Positions 47,736-56,367 of a stretch of DNA of 59,352 nucleotides are shown here, piece by piece. The stretch lies in the sequence record PZ564402.1. One strand, written 5' to 3'. Source of the DNA: a phage. Made by a program: the position numbers and the translations under genes. Position 1 is the first letter of the stretch; every line of letters starts with the position of its first letter. The notes beneath the pieces are model-generated. The model made no database searches. It saw nothing but the letters and a program-made list of their open reading frames with translations, and was not told where the DNA came from.

Positions 47736-47765
47736 AATATAGGTTATACACGCGACGTATGTCAA
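47736..47765 (-). promoter_or_regulatory. early promoter, conserved family (-35 TTGACA, spacer with TACGTCGCGTGTA, -10 TATATT)
   Basis: One of four near-identical minus-strand modules (47.7, 50.2, 53.5, 56.8 kb), each intergenic. Confidence 0.6.
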
Positions 47766-47772
47766 ACAGTTT

Positions 47773-48285
47773 CTAAGACTTTCTTTTCCGGGCGTGCTCC
47801 AGTCGATCACCGTGGCCCTTCTCGACCATGAAATCGCGGGTCTGTTTGTGCAGGTCGGCGATCGTCTCCTTCGTTTTCCGCCAGCGCGCCACTATCCCTT
47901 CGCGCACTTCCCGGTCGCGGAACAGGACGGCCAAGTCCGTCGCGGTGATTTCGTACCCGGCGCACGCGGCCAGCACGCCTTCCTTGAATTCGTAGAACAG
48001 GTGCTGGATCTCCCGGAATTCAGCCTCGGTTACGACCTCGATGTTGACGGTTTTCCCTTCACCGATGTCGTCCTCGGTAAACAGGCACCCGGCTTCGCCC
48101 ACGGCCCGGCCATCGTCCTTCCGGTAGCGCGAGTTGCCGATGATGATCTGCGTCGGCGTGGTGCGCTCTACGCGGCGTTTCACGGCGAACGTTACTTCCG
48201 GGCTGTACCCGATGCGGATGCTGTTACGCTCCAGCGCCATGTCACCCGTTTCGAGGTGTCCAAATCTCAATTTTTTATCGGCCAT
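47773..48285 (-). CDS. hypothetical early protein (170 aa)
   Basis: ORF. Confidence 0.45.
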   Translation of the reverse strand: MADKKLRFGHLETGDMALERNSIRIGYSPEVTFAVKRRVERTTPTQIIIGNSRYRKDDGRAVGEAGCLFTEDDIGEGKTVNIEVVTEAEFREIQHLFYEFKEGVLAACAGYEITATDLAVLFRDREVREGIVARWRKTKETIADLHKQTRDFMVEKGHGDRLEHARKRKS

Positions 48286-48521
48286 TCTTCATATTCTCCC
48301 TTCGGTAATTCGTCAGTCACGTCGCGCGCGGCCCATTGCAGGAACGCTTCGCGGGTACAACTTGGATAGTGTCGGCCAAAGCCTACGACCGGGCCGTCGT
48401 ACTGGATGTGCGTGGCCCCGATGTACAGGATGGTGCGGTCGTTCACCAGTCCGTTTCGGTTCTGCGGCCGTTTTCCGCGATACGTGCGGCCCGCTTTCAG
48501 TTCTAATTCGCTATCGGCCAT
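48267..48521 (-). CDS. hypothetical early protein (84 aa)
   Basis: ORF. Confidence 0.4.
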   Translation of the reverse strand: MADSELELKAGRTYRGKRPQNRNGLVNDRTILYIGATHIQYDGPVVGFGRHYPSCTREAFLQWAARDVTDELPKGEYEEWPIKN

Positions 48522-48726
48522 CGCTGTCCACCTCGACTTCGAATGTGCGCGGAACGGTCATGGTCAGCACGTCATTCTCGGTGAACGGTGACAGCGGTTC
48601 GTCGCCCGGCTGGAAGCGCAGCGTGACGCTGCCGACGTTGTGATACGTGATATAGCGAAGGCGGAACTGCTCGCCAAAGATGGTCGCGAGTACGCCCGGC
48701 TTAACGTCTCCTGCGGCAATTTTCAT
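48511..48726 (-). CDS. hypothetical early protein (71 aa)
   Basis: ORF. Confidence 0.4.
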   Translation of the reverse strand: MKIAAGDVKPGVLATIFGEQFRLRYITYHNVGSVTLRFQPGDEPLSPFTENDVLTMTVPRTFEVEVDSDGR

Positions 48727-49016
48727 GGTAAAAGTCCTTCTGGCAAATTATCTATGTGGATAACAGTCGGGGTGTAGCCTTCCTTTATGATGCGACCTAC
48801 CCATTCAAACTCCGGCGTTTTTTGCAGATAAATCACACGCTGTTCGTCGCGCAATGACAGCGGACACGGCCACTCGCCCATGTTCCCCCGTATGATGTTC
48901 GCACCATAATGCTCCGCGATTGCGATCTGCCCCTTCGGCTCAATCTCTGGCGCGCCTTCGCCATAAACGATCACGATGTCATACACGGTCATAGTCTCCA
49001 GTCTAACGGCTCCCAT
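48723..49016 (-). CDS. hypothetical early protein (97 aa)
   Basis: ORF. Confidence 0.4.
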   Translation of the reverse strand: MGAVRLETMTVYDIVIVYGEGAPEIEPKGQIAIAEHYGANIIRGNMGEWPCPLSLRDEQRVIYLQKTPEFEWVGRIIKEGYTPTVIHIDNLPEGLLP

Positions 49017-49183
49017 TGGCCGTCTCGTTTGATGTAGCAGCCGCTTAACGGGCTGTATTTGGTGGGTAGTTCGGTCTGGACGCTGACGTCGTTACACCCG
49101 ATCGCCGCGCCCACACGGCCAATGACAAACAGCACACCGCAGATAATCAATACAAACAGCGTTAGCGCAGCGATCTTCTTCAT
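48989..49183 (-). CDS. small secreted protein / putative lipoprotein (64 aa)
   Basis: AAAGGGG RBS; N-terminal signal-like MKKIAALTLFVLIICGVLFVIG with Cys residues. Confidence 0.45.
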   Translation of the reverse strand: MKKIAALTLFVLIICGVLFVIGRVGAAIGCNDVSVQTELPTKYSPLSGCYIKRDGQWEPLDWRL

Positions 49184-49193
49184 GGTGGCCCCT

Positions 49194-50168
49194 TTATTCC
49201 TTCGGTGGATTTGATTGGTGGCGATTTAGCCAGATGACAATTCCGGCAGTATAATTGATCACGCCGAGCAACTCCCTAACCCTTTGGTCATGTGTTGGCA
49301 GGTTGACACCCTCGACGACCTTTTTGCATACCTGATACACCAAGCCGAGCGGGCTATTGATCAGGTCAGAAATGGCGTTCATCGGCTGCTGGCTGAACGG
49401 CAGGTCATTCGCGTGGCGCTCGCGTCCTTTACCATACGCGGCTTGTGTCAGCGCATCATGTAGCACTTTGACTAATTCGGAATAATCGTTGCTGTCTTTG
49501 ACGTTCCGGAATTCGTACTGCCATGACCTGGCGGCCGACGGTGCAACGGCTTCCGGCGCGACGAGGGCTTCATCAAGCGGCCATCCCTGCGCGAAGGCGA
49601 ACATGATGTAATTCATCGCGTCTATGTACTGATTCTCTTCGAGACAGCGGCGGATGGCGTCGGAACATTGCTTTGGCCAGTCCGGCTGCATCCATCCCAA
49701 TTCCAGTCCCGGGTTTTTGCGCTCGAACTGAATCAGACGATCCAGCATGTATCCGAAGACCTGTTCGCAGATTTCCGCCGTGGGTTGGCTCAACGCTGGC
49801 CGCTCCAGATGGAATACCGTGACAGTCGGGTCTGTCTTGCCTTTCGGCAGTTTCAGGTATTTCTGTTCGGTATCGAGCAGCGACTGAATCAGGCCAAGAA
49901 CGTGCTCCTTCATGATCAATGGCGTGGCGTATCCGGCTTGGTCTAACCCTAACTGCGCCAGCACGGCCTTGCGGAAATCCTCGGCGTCGTACTGATCCTT
50001 GCTTTTCGGCGAGGATTGCAGGTCATTGATAATCTTCACTGCGTGGTCGCGCATATCGCCGTCGTCCTCGTAGTCAAAACTGTCCATGTTCAGCGCGTTG
50101 AGGATGGCTTCTTCAAACTTCTCGCTGCTGGTCTTTCTCAGACCGCGTTCTTTCTTCACGTCTACCAT
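49194..50168 (-). CDS. hypothetical early protein (324 aa)
   Basis: First ORF downstream of promoter 50208-50236. Confidence 0.5.
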   Translation of the reverse strand: MVDVKKERGLRKTSSEKFEEAILNALNMDSFDYEDDGDMRDHAVKIINDLQSSPKSKDQYDAEDFRKAVLAQLGLDQAGYATPLIMKEHVLGLIQSLLDTEQKYLKLPKGKTDPTVTVFHLERPALSQPTAEICEQVFGYMLDRLIQFERKNPGLELGWMQPDWPKQCSDAIRRCLEENQYIDAMNYIMFAFAQGWPLDEALVAPEAVAPSAARSWQYEFRNVKDSNDYSELVKVLHDALTQAAYGKGRERHANDLPFSQQPMNAISDLINSPLGLVYQVCKKVVEGVNLPTHDQRVRELLGVINYTAGIVIWLNRHQSNPPKE

Positions 50169-50207
50169 AATAAAAAACTCCCGTTGGTGGATTAACCTTC
50201 GGGAGTA

Positions 50208-50236
50208 ATATTAATTACACATGTCGCGTATGTCAA
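50208..50236 (-). promoter_or_regulatory. early promoter, conserved family (-35 TTGACA, -10 TAATAT) followed by leader hairpin + U-tract
   Basis: Conserved module; hairpin CTCCCG...CGGGAG then T6 before RBS. Confidence 0.6.
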
Positions 50237-50245
50237 ACGCTTTCT

Positions 50246-50932
50246 TTAAATCTCGTCCCACATCTTGATCCAGCGGTTCCGGATCTTGGCCGATACGTTA
50301 GCCAGTGGTGCGCCGATTTCCAGTAGCGTTTCACGGTCGATATACTCGTTGGGGTGAATGCGGTCAGTCGCCGGGTCGAAGATGTGGATGGCCGCGCCGA
50401 ACCCGGCCGACGTGATTTCGCTGCTGCCTTCCTTCGGCCGGAACCAGACTGGCGGTTCGAACCCGATGCGCCCTTTGATGAAGATGGTGCGCGTGGCGAT
50501 GGTGTCCGGCCACCAGCTTTCCGACGTCGCGGACTTGGTCAGCCAGATGGTGCCTGCGCCTTTGGCCCGCTCCTCGTCGGCCTTGCGCATGATGTGGGTC
50601 ATCCCTGTCAGGTGTTCTTTCCCGGCGCGCTTCTGGCTGTATGGCGGGTTAGCGTAGGCCCAAACGCGGGTGTTCGAGTCGAACCCGTCGCTGGCGTGGA
50701 TCTCGGCCAGACGCTTCGCCCAATCCTGCCGCAGCGCGTTATCTTCGGCCGTAAAGAAACGCTGGCATTTGGCGTTCTGGCCGTCGGTGAACAGGTCAAG
50801 CACGATTGGCCCGTACAGCTTGTTAATCGCTTGGAACAGCCATTCCGGCGTACGCCATTGGTCGCCGATCAACTTCGGTTCGTGCTCGTCCATGCCTTTC
50901 AGCGCGTTCAGCGCATCAACGTACTGGCTCAT
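50246..50932 (-). CDS. dam: DNA N6-adenine methyltransferase (phage Dam type)
   Basis: Catalytic NPPY motif (AYANPPYSQ) and N-terminal WRTPEWLF typical of phage Dam MTases. Confidence 0.7.
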   Translation of the reverse strand: MSQYVDALNALKGMDEHEPKLIGDQWRTPEWLFQAINKLYGPIVLDLFTDGQNAKCQRFFTAEDNALRQDWAKRLAEIHASDGFDSNTRVWAYANPPYSQKRAGKEHLTGMTHIMRKADEERAKGAGTIWLTKSATSESWWPDTIATRTIFIKGRIGFEPPVWFRPKEGSSEITSAGFGAAIHIFDPATDRIHPNEYIDRETLLEIGAPLANVSAKIRNRWIKMWDEI

Positions 50933-52032
50933 TAAAACGTCTCTCCTTTCAGCAGGTCATCGGCCTCGACGTAGAAGGCTTCGTATTTGTCGGGTGACAT
51001 CGTGTACAGCGGCTGGCCGCCCGTATATTTATGGGTCAGGTCGGTGTACGTGGATGCGCTCATGTCGAGTTGAATACGGTTCGCCATGTCCTTGACCATT
51101 TGCAACGTGACTGACTTCGGTTGTGGTGACAGCAGCAGGTTATCGCACATCGCATGGATGTACGTGACGATCGGTGCTGGCAGGCCCGCCACCAGATTCG
51201 CGTTCAGGCGGTAATGCGGCGTGTCAAGGTACTCGGCGGCATGGTCAGGGTACGCCCGGAAGCCGGACAGGATCACCATGCGGGCCGTGGTCAGGTCGAT
51301 GGCCGCCAGTTCTTCCCACGCAGCGCGGACGGACGCGGACTTCCGGGTGTAGCGTACGTCATTCTGCATCGACTTGATCGTGGCGCGCAGCTTAGTCGTT
51401 TCCCGGTCGTGCTCGGTGTTATCTTCGGCGTGACGGCGGTGGGCCTCGGATAACTGGATTTGCAGACTGGTGACAGCGCTTTCCGCCGTATCGAGACTGC
51501 GGGTCTTGGTATCCAGCGCTTCGCGTAGTGCGGCCAGTTCGCCCGGCGTGATGTTGGCGAGGCGCAGCGGTTCGAAGTCTTTCAGCGTCAGCGGGCCTTT
51601 GCTGGTCATCTGCTCGGTCAGGCGCTGTATGTCCTGCATGGCGAGGCTTCCGGCCAGATCGATGCTGGTGGTGCCTGCAATCTTTGCGTATTTAGCGCTG
51701 GCACGTACCGTTTCGAGGATGGTGCTCAGGATCTGCTGGCACTGCTCGCGCTCCCACTCGGTCACTTCTGCGGCCGTTGGCGTAACCGCCGATGGGCGTT
51801 TAACTCGCGTCCAGTGAATGCGGATTTCCCGGGGCATTGCGTCGCCGTCCACCTCGACTTCATCGACTGACTGGATGTTCGCTTCCGGCGTTCCGCAGTT
51901 ATCGCGAAGGTATTTATGCGCCACGCACAGGATATGATTTGGGGATATGCCGCCTTCCTGCTCGATAGCCATGACGAGGATGTCTTTCAGGCTTTTATCG
52001 TCGGTGATGTATGTGACTTTTTGTTCGCTCAT
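50932..52032 (-). CDS. hypothetical early protein (366 aa)
   Basis: ORF. Confidence 0.5.
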   Translation of the reverse strand: MSEQKVTYITDDKSLKDILVMAIEQEGGISPNHILCVAHKYLRDNCGTPEANIQSVDEVEVDGDAMPREIRIHWTRVKRPSAVTPTAAEVTEWEREQCQQILSTILETVRASAKYAKIAGTTSIDLAGSLAMQDIQRLTEQMTSKGPLTLKDFEPLRLANITPGELAALREALDTKTRSLDTAESAVTSLQIQLSEAHRRHAEDNTEHDRETTKLRATIKSMQNDVRYTRKSASVRAAWEELAAIDLTTARMVILSGFRAYPDHAAEYLDTPHYRLNANLVAGLPAPIVTYIHAMCDNLLLSPQPKSVTLQMVKDMANRIQLDMSASTYTDLTHKYTGGQPLYTMSPDKYEAFYVEADDLLKGETF

Positions 52033-52703
52033 TTGGATGCCTTTAAAATGTTAGAGAATTCAACGATGTTGACAAGGTTATGCTGACGTCCGCTGTTCGA
52101 TCTGGCCCGGCTGGCCGTCTCCATTACCCGGGGATTCATTTCAACGCGCGGCGTGCGCCCGGTACCGTATTGATCCATGCTGCTCATGCGGTCAACGCAG
52201 ATGCTGTACATCTGGCTGGCCGTCATCCAGTTACCCATCGTATTGATGAAAAATTCCATCGCCTGCAATGCGTCGAGCGCGTAGACCATCGTGGCCGCGT
52301 TGTCCGTGTACAGCACGTACGCGCCGACGGACTGCACGACCTTATCAACGCCGCTCATGTACTCGGCGATCCACTCCGGCGGCACTGGAGGAACCGCACG
52401 ACGTTCACCGCTCGCAGGGGTACCGTACGGATAGGCGAAGGCCGGGCTGGCCGAAACGCGACGTCCGGTAGGCGTGGTCGTCACCGTTGCTTTCGGCTCG
52501 TCTTTAGGCAGATTCTGGAGGCAGGCCGGGCCGCCTTGCCAGCGCTTCCAGACCGTTTTCTTCGGCTCGTCGGACTCCGGCGCGGTGCATGGTGGTGGGT
52601 CGATGTCATTCGCGTCCCATGTCTTCTGACAGTCCCGGCAATAGAATTGGTCACTATGCTGCACGACTGATAAGTGGCTTCCGCCAGTGGCTTCGATTCT
52701 CAT
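52029..52703 (-). CDS. hypothetical early protein (start at internal ATG MRIEATGG)
   Basis: GAAGGGGAAG RBS; ATGA overlap with upstream gene stop. Confidence 0.5.
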   Translation of the reverse strand: MRIEATGGSHLSVVQHSDQFYCRDCQKTWDANDIDPPPCTAPESDEPKKTVWKRWQGGPACLQNLPKDEPKATVTTTPTGRRVSASPAFAYPYGTPASGERRAVPPVPPEWIAEYMSGVDKVVQSVGAYVLYTDNAATMVYALDALQAMEFFINTMGNWMTASQMYSICVDRMSSMDQYGTGRTPRVEMNPRVMETASRARSNSGRQHNLVNIVEFSNILKASK

Positions 52704-53446
52704 ATCTCTACTTCCCCTTCGGTTAAAATGCGAAACGCGCCGCCGCCGACTTTCCAGCCCTGCCACACGTCGGCCAGAAGCGCCGCCCGGTACTTCCGGC
52801 GGAACACGTTGTAAATCATGTCCCAATTCTCACTCGGCAGGTCAGACGCGATACCACCGCTCTCCCACGCCCAATCACGCGGCGACTGCGTCAGCCATTT
52901 CAGCGGAGGACGGGGGTAGGTGTACGGATTCGCCAGACCGCAGGCCACCAGCCCGCGTTTAATCCATGCACGTTGCCACCATAAATCGTGAACCGTCTTC
53001 CCGGCGATGAATTCTTCGTCCAGCATCGCGCACAGGATCGTCATGGCGGCCTTTTCTGCGTTCATGGGTACGCCAATGTCGTCCCAATCTTCCAGCGCGG
53101 CCCTGACGCCGTCAGCGCTGCCGTCGTCGTTGCTGGTGGATGAACGGTCATGCAGGATGACGTCGAACACCATGAACGGGAACACGACCTGTTCGCCGTT
53201 CCGCGTGTATTTCGGGTTAGGCTCGCTGAACATAGCCGAGTACAGACGGCGGATGTGGTCTTCGAGATCCGGGACAAACCCGGTAAGTGGTGCGCCGTCG
53301 TCAGCGTTGACCATTTCGAGGTCGGTGCCGTTGGTGCGGATCAGGCAGCGTGGCCCGTATGGCAGGGGGAAAACGTACAGCACTTCTTTCCCGATCAACG
53401 CTTGGTTGAAAGGCACGAATTTCATTACGTGGGTCTTCATCGGCAT
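52700..53446 (-). CDS. hypothetical early protein (248 aa)
   Basis: AAAGGAG RBS; first gene after promoter 53470-53498. Confidence 0.55.
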   Translation of the reverse strand: MPMKTHVMKFVPFNQALIGKEVLYVFPLPYGPRCLIRTNGTDLEMVNADDGAPLTGFVPDLEDHIRRLYSAMFSEPNPKYTRNGEQVVFPFMVFDVILHDRSSTSNDDGSADGVRAALEDWDDIGVPMNAEKAAMTILCAMLDEEFIAGKTVHDLWWQRAWIKRGLVACGLANPYTYPRPPLKWLTQSPRDWAWESGGIASDLPSENWDMIYNVFRRKYRAALLADVWQGWKVGGGAFRILTEGEVEI

Positions 53447-53469
53447 GACTCCTTTGTTATGGTACGGGA

Positions 53470-53498
53470 ATATTAGTCGTACACGCGACGTACGTCAA
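53470..53498 (-). promoter_or_regulatory. early promoter, conserved family (-35 TTGACG, -10 TAATAT)
   Basis: Conserved spacer TACGTCGCGTGTACGAC; intergenic. Confidence 0.6.
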
Positions 53499-53635
53499 TA
53501 ACTTTATTCGAGGCAAAAGAAAGCCCGCGTAAAGGGATTGCGGGCTTTTGGAAGGTGGCATCCGAAGATTACCACTGGCTTAAAGCGGACAACGCAGGAG
53601 CCGATAAGGAAGCACTATGCCGAGTCCGCAGTTAA

Positions 53636-53935
53636 TCATATGTCGGGGTTACTGTAAATAAGATTCCAGTATTTGTACTCCTTCAAGTCCAGTTCAACGA
53701 CACAAGGGTCATCCAGCGCGCTCAGACAGGTGCCATAGTCCTCGACAAAGACGCAGGAGGACTCCGGATGATGCAGCAGGCGCACCCGGCGGTAGTTCAG
53801 GTGCCATTCCGGGCTGAACACATGGTTCTCCGGCTGGCGTATCAGCATGATCTGGCCTGTCGTTCTGACCTGCCAGTATTGGTCTACTTGGGGCGTGGCA
53901 TAGGCTCCCATATTGTTACTCCTTTTTGTCCGCAC
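53636..53935 (-). CDS. hypothetical early protein (99 aa)
   Basis: ORF. Confidence 0.4.
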   Translation of the reverse strand: MRTKRSNNMGAYATPQVDQYWQVRTTGQIMLIRQPENHVFSPEWHLNYRRVRLLHHPESSCVFVEDYGTCLSALDDPCVVELDLKEYKYWNLIYSNPDI

Positions 53936-54149
53936 TATCCCGGTAAACGCGGGTGCCCATCTTCCCGTAGATCTGGTCTTGCAGCGTAAAACGGATGGAC
54001 AGGCGGATGTTAAGCCGATAGCCCATGCGACGCAGATAGCCGAGATCCTGCGGCTTCACGCCCTCGATAAAGAACGACTCGCCGTCCTTCATTCCGAGCA
54101 GAAGTTTTTCGTGAGTTTCACGCACGCTTTTGTCGGTAGTCGCGGCCAT
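53916..54149 (-). CDS. hypothetical early protein (77 aa)
   Basis: ORF. Confidence 0.4.
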   Translation of the reverse strand: MAATTDKSVRETHEKLLLGMKDGESFFIEGVKPQDLGYLRRMGYRLNIRLSIRFTLQDQIYGKMGTRVYRDSADKKE

Positions 54150-54151
54150 TG

Positions 54152-55225
54152 TTAAACCTCGTCGTCGTCTTCGTCGTTCAGCGTTCCGGTGTACTCAACA
54201 ACCTGCCCGGCCTCGTCCAGCACGCTGATCACCGCACGCAGGGACTTATCGAGTTGGAACAGGTTCGCCATCATGGTCAGGAACTGGCCGCCATCGGTGC
54301 CGTAACGTTCGAGCGTGGCGTCGTAGTTCGCATCGACGTCGGCCTCGCCGATATGGATACCGGACAGGATGGCTTTGTCGGACAGGCGGAAGTACACGGT
54401 GTCGATGCCCGGGCATTGCGTATCGACTTCGAGATCCAGTGCGCGGACAGTCCAGTGGCGGGACAGCAGGTCAACCACCGCCTCGTCTTTGAAGATGTCC
54501 GTGTCCTTCATCTTAACGTCGTCACCATCGTCGTGTTTCAGGTGGATAAACGCATCGCCCTTGATGCCGTCCTGCTGGCCGAGAACCGCGCGCTGCATTA
54601 ACTGGCGCAGCTCATACTCGCTCGGCAGGAGGTGTTCGACGGGCCATGTGCCGAGCGCGGTACGGATCAGCGCGCTGCACTCTTCTGCCGTCTTCGCGCT
54701 CGACGTGAACACGTACACGAACGGGGCGGACAGGATGACGTTGACGCGGGACGGGCGGATAGGCGCGTATTTCAGCATTTCCGCTTCCACGTCGTCCTTC
54801 ATCTGCGCCCAATCCTTGCGGTTCGGCTCCCAACCCTCGATCTCTTTCTCCCGCAACGCGGCCATGCGCTTCACGACTTCATTTCGTACGCTGACGCCGG
54901 GCAACACACGTTCGCGCTTTTCGATCTGGAAGACGATGGCGTTTGTCCCGGGGATGGCGAGCGCAAACTTGCTGTCAACCTCTTCGCCGTACGCTGCAAA
55001 GCCCATTGTCTTGTAAGACGCCTCCGGCGGATCTGACACTTCATGCTTTTCGAGTGCATCGCTTAACGCTCCTTTAGCGAAAGACGTCACCGCCTCTTCG
55101 TCAACGTTCGGCAGATTCAGGATCAGGCGGTGCAGCGGCTTGACCTTCTCGTTACCGTCGTTGGCCGCGTCGTACAGCGCGCCGAGGTGCAAGATAATGG
55201 CTTTCTCATAACCCTTGATTTTCAT
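54152..55225 (-). CDS. RdgC-like recombination-associated protein with acidic C-terminal tail
   Basis: Segments VLPGVSVRNEVVKRMAALREKE and AEECSALIRTALGTWPVEHLLP resemble E. coli RdgC as I recall it; ends NDEDDDEV. Confidence 0.5.
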   Translation of the reverse strand: MKIKGYEKAIILHLGALYDAANDGNEKVKPLHRLILNLPNVDEEAVTSFAKGALSDALEKHEVSDPPEASYKTMGFAAYGEEVDSKFALAIPGTNAIVFQIEKRERVLPGVSVRNEVVKRMAALREKEIEGWEPNRKDWAQMKDDVEAEMLKYAPIRPSRVNVILSAPFVYVFTSSAKTAEECSALIRTALGTWPVEHLLPSEYELRQLMQRAVLGQQDGIKGDAFIHLKHDDGDDVKMKDTDIFKDEAVVDLLSRHWTVRALDLEVDTQCPGIDTVYFRLSDKAILSGIHIGEADVDANYDATLERYGTDGGQFLTMMANLFQLDKSLRAVISVLDEAGQVVEYTGTLNDEDDDEV

Positions 55226-55568
55226 GCTCTATGGCTCCTACGTTAATTAAATTGGCTGGTGCTCCGTGGTACATGGATTGCGCTGCATGGAACATCGCGG
55301 CGCGTAGTGCTTCTTTGGCCGCCCGAAGGCCCGCCATTGATTCAGCGTACTGGTCGCTGACCGTGTTATACGCCGCCTCGTCGTTGTCCAGCGTGGCGAG
55401 GTCGAGCATTTTGGTACTATGGGCCTGCACGTCGTCTTCCATGTCCTTGAAAAACGTCTCAAGGGCAGACAGTTTGCAGGTGATTTGGTCTAACCGGACT
55501 TTGCGCAGTTCTTGGTACTGCACGCGAACGAATTCAATGCCTTCCACCAGCCACCTCCACGACGACAT
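55206..55568 (-). CDS. hypothetical early protein (120 aa)
   Basis: ORF. Confidence 0.4.
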   Translation of the reverse strand: MSSWRWLVEGIEFVRVQYQELRKVRLDQITCKLSALETFFKDMEDDVQAHSTKMLDLATLDNDEAAYNTVSDQYAESMAGLRAAKEALRAAMFHAAQSMYHGAPANLINVGAIEHENQGL

Positions 55569-55869
55569 TCTGCACTTCCGGGCATGGCATATTCGTCATG
55601 GCCCAATCCAGAAACTTCACGATGTACATGCGCATGGCCGCACATTCGTCCGCGCCACGGGCCTTGCCGTGCTTCGCGATGGCCGGGTCGCCGGACTGAT
55701 AGAAGGTCACGCGGTGATTCGTGGCAGACGACACCTTGATCCCGGTGTGCGTGGCGTGGATGGTCACGCTGTAGATCCGCTCGATAGCGCGGAACGCCGG
55801 GACGACGTCGATGCGGCCTTTCGGGTGCATGGCGTTGTTCACCATCAACGCGGTATTAGTCGGCTGCAT
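55534..55869 (-). CDS. hypothetical early protein (111 aa)
   Basis: ORF. Confidence 0.4.
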   Translation of the reverse strand: MQPTNTALMVNNAMHPKGRIDVVPAFRAIERIYSVTIHATHTGIKVSSATNHRVTFYQSGDPAIAKHGKARGADECAAMRMYIVKFLDWAMTNMPCPEVQNVVVEVAGGRH

Positions 55870-56296
55870 TCAGCGGTTCCTCTTTCAGACGGTAGGTGAT
55901 GGTGTCCTGGCGAGTCGCGTCGATTTCCAGTTCAGGCATCTGCCCGGTGATCAGGCGGGACGGCGTCAGCACGGCGGTGCGCAGGCCGTTCTCGAACATG
56001 ATGTTGGCCGCCGTGACCAGCGAAATGCTTTCGATATGGTCTTGGGTCTGGTCGAGGCGGCGCTGTAGCAGTTCTACCTTCTCGGCGTTCTCGTCCGGAA
56101 GGTCGAAGGCGGCACGCAGCCCGGCGATCAATGCGATGGCGTCCGCGCGGGTCAGGGGGGTGGCGATCTCGGTGTCACCGTTGTCCTTCTCGATGTAGAT
56201 CTCGCCCTCTTTTTGGCCGGGCTTCTTATAGATAAAGGCCGTACGGGCAATGTCGCGTACCGGACTCAGTTCAATAGGGTGGTGCGTTGTTTTCAT
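55856..56296 (-). CDS. hypothetical early protein (146 aa)
   Basis: ORF. Confidence 0.45.
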   Translation of the reverse strand: MKTTHHPIELSPVRDIARTAFIYKKPGQKEGEIYIEKDNGDTEIATPLTRADAIALIAGLRAAFDLPDENAEKVELLQRRLDQTQDHIESISLVTAANIMFENGLRTAVLTPSRLITGQMPELEIDATRQDTITYRLKEEPLNAAD

Positions 56297-56367
56297 CGGT
56301 GTGCGTCCTATAGGGTGTCAGGTCAAAAGGGTGGTACGCCATTTTTCAGGCGTGCCGTCCTACGTTT

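Noticed and set aside
45939-52826. Longer N-terminal extensions for minus-strand ORFs 45939-46736 and 52029-52826
   Set aside because: Internal ATGs at 46652 and 52703 have strong RBSs and give ATGA-type coupling with the upstream gene; the extensions overlap upstream coding sequence.
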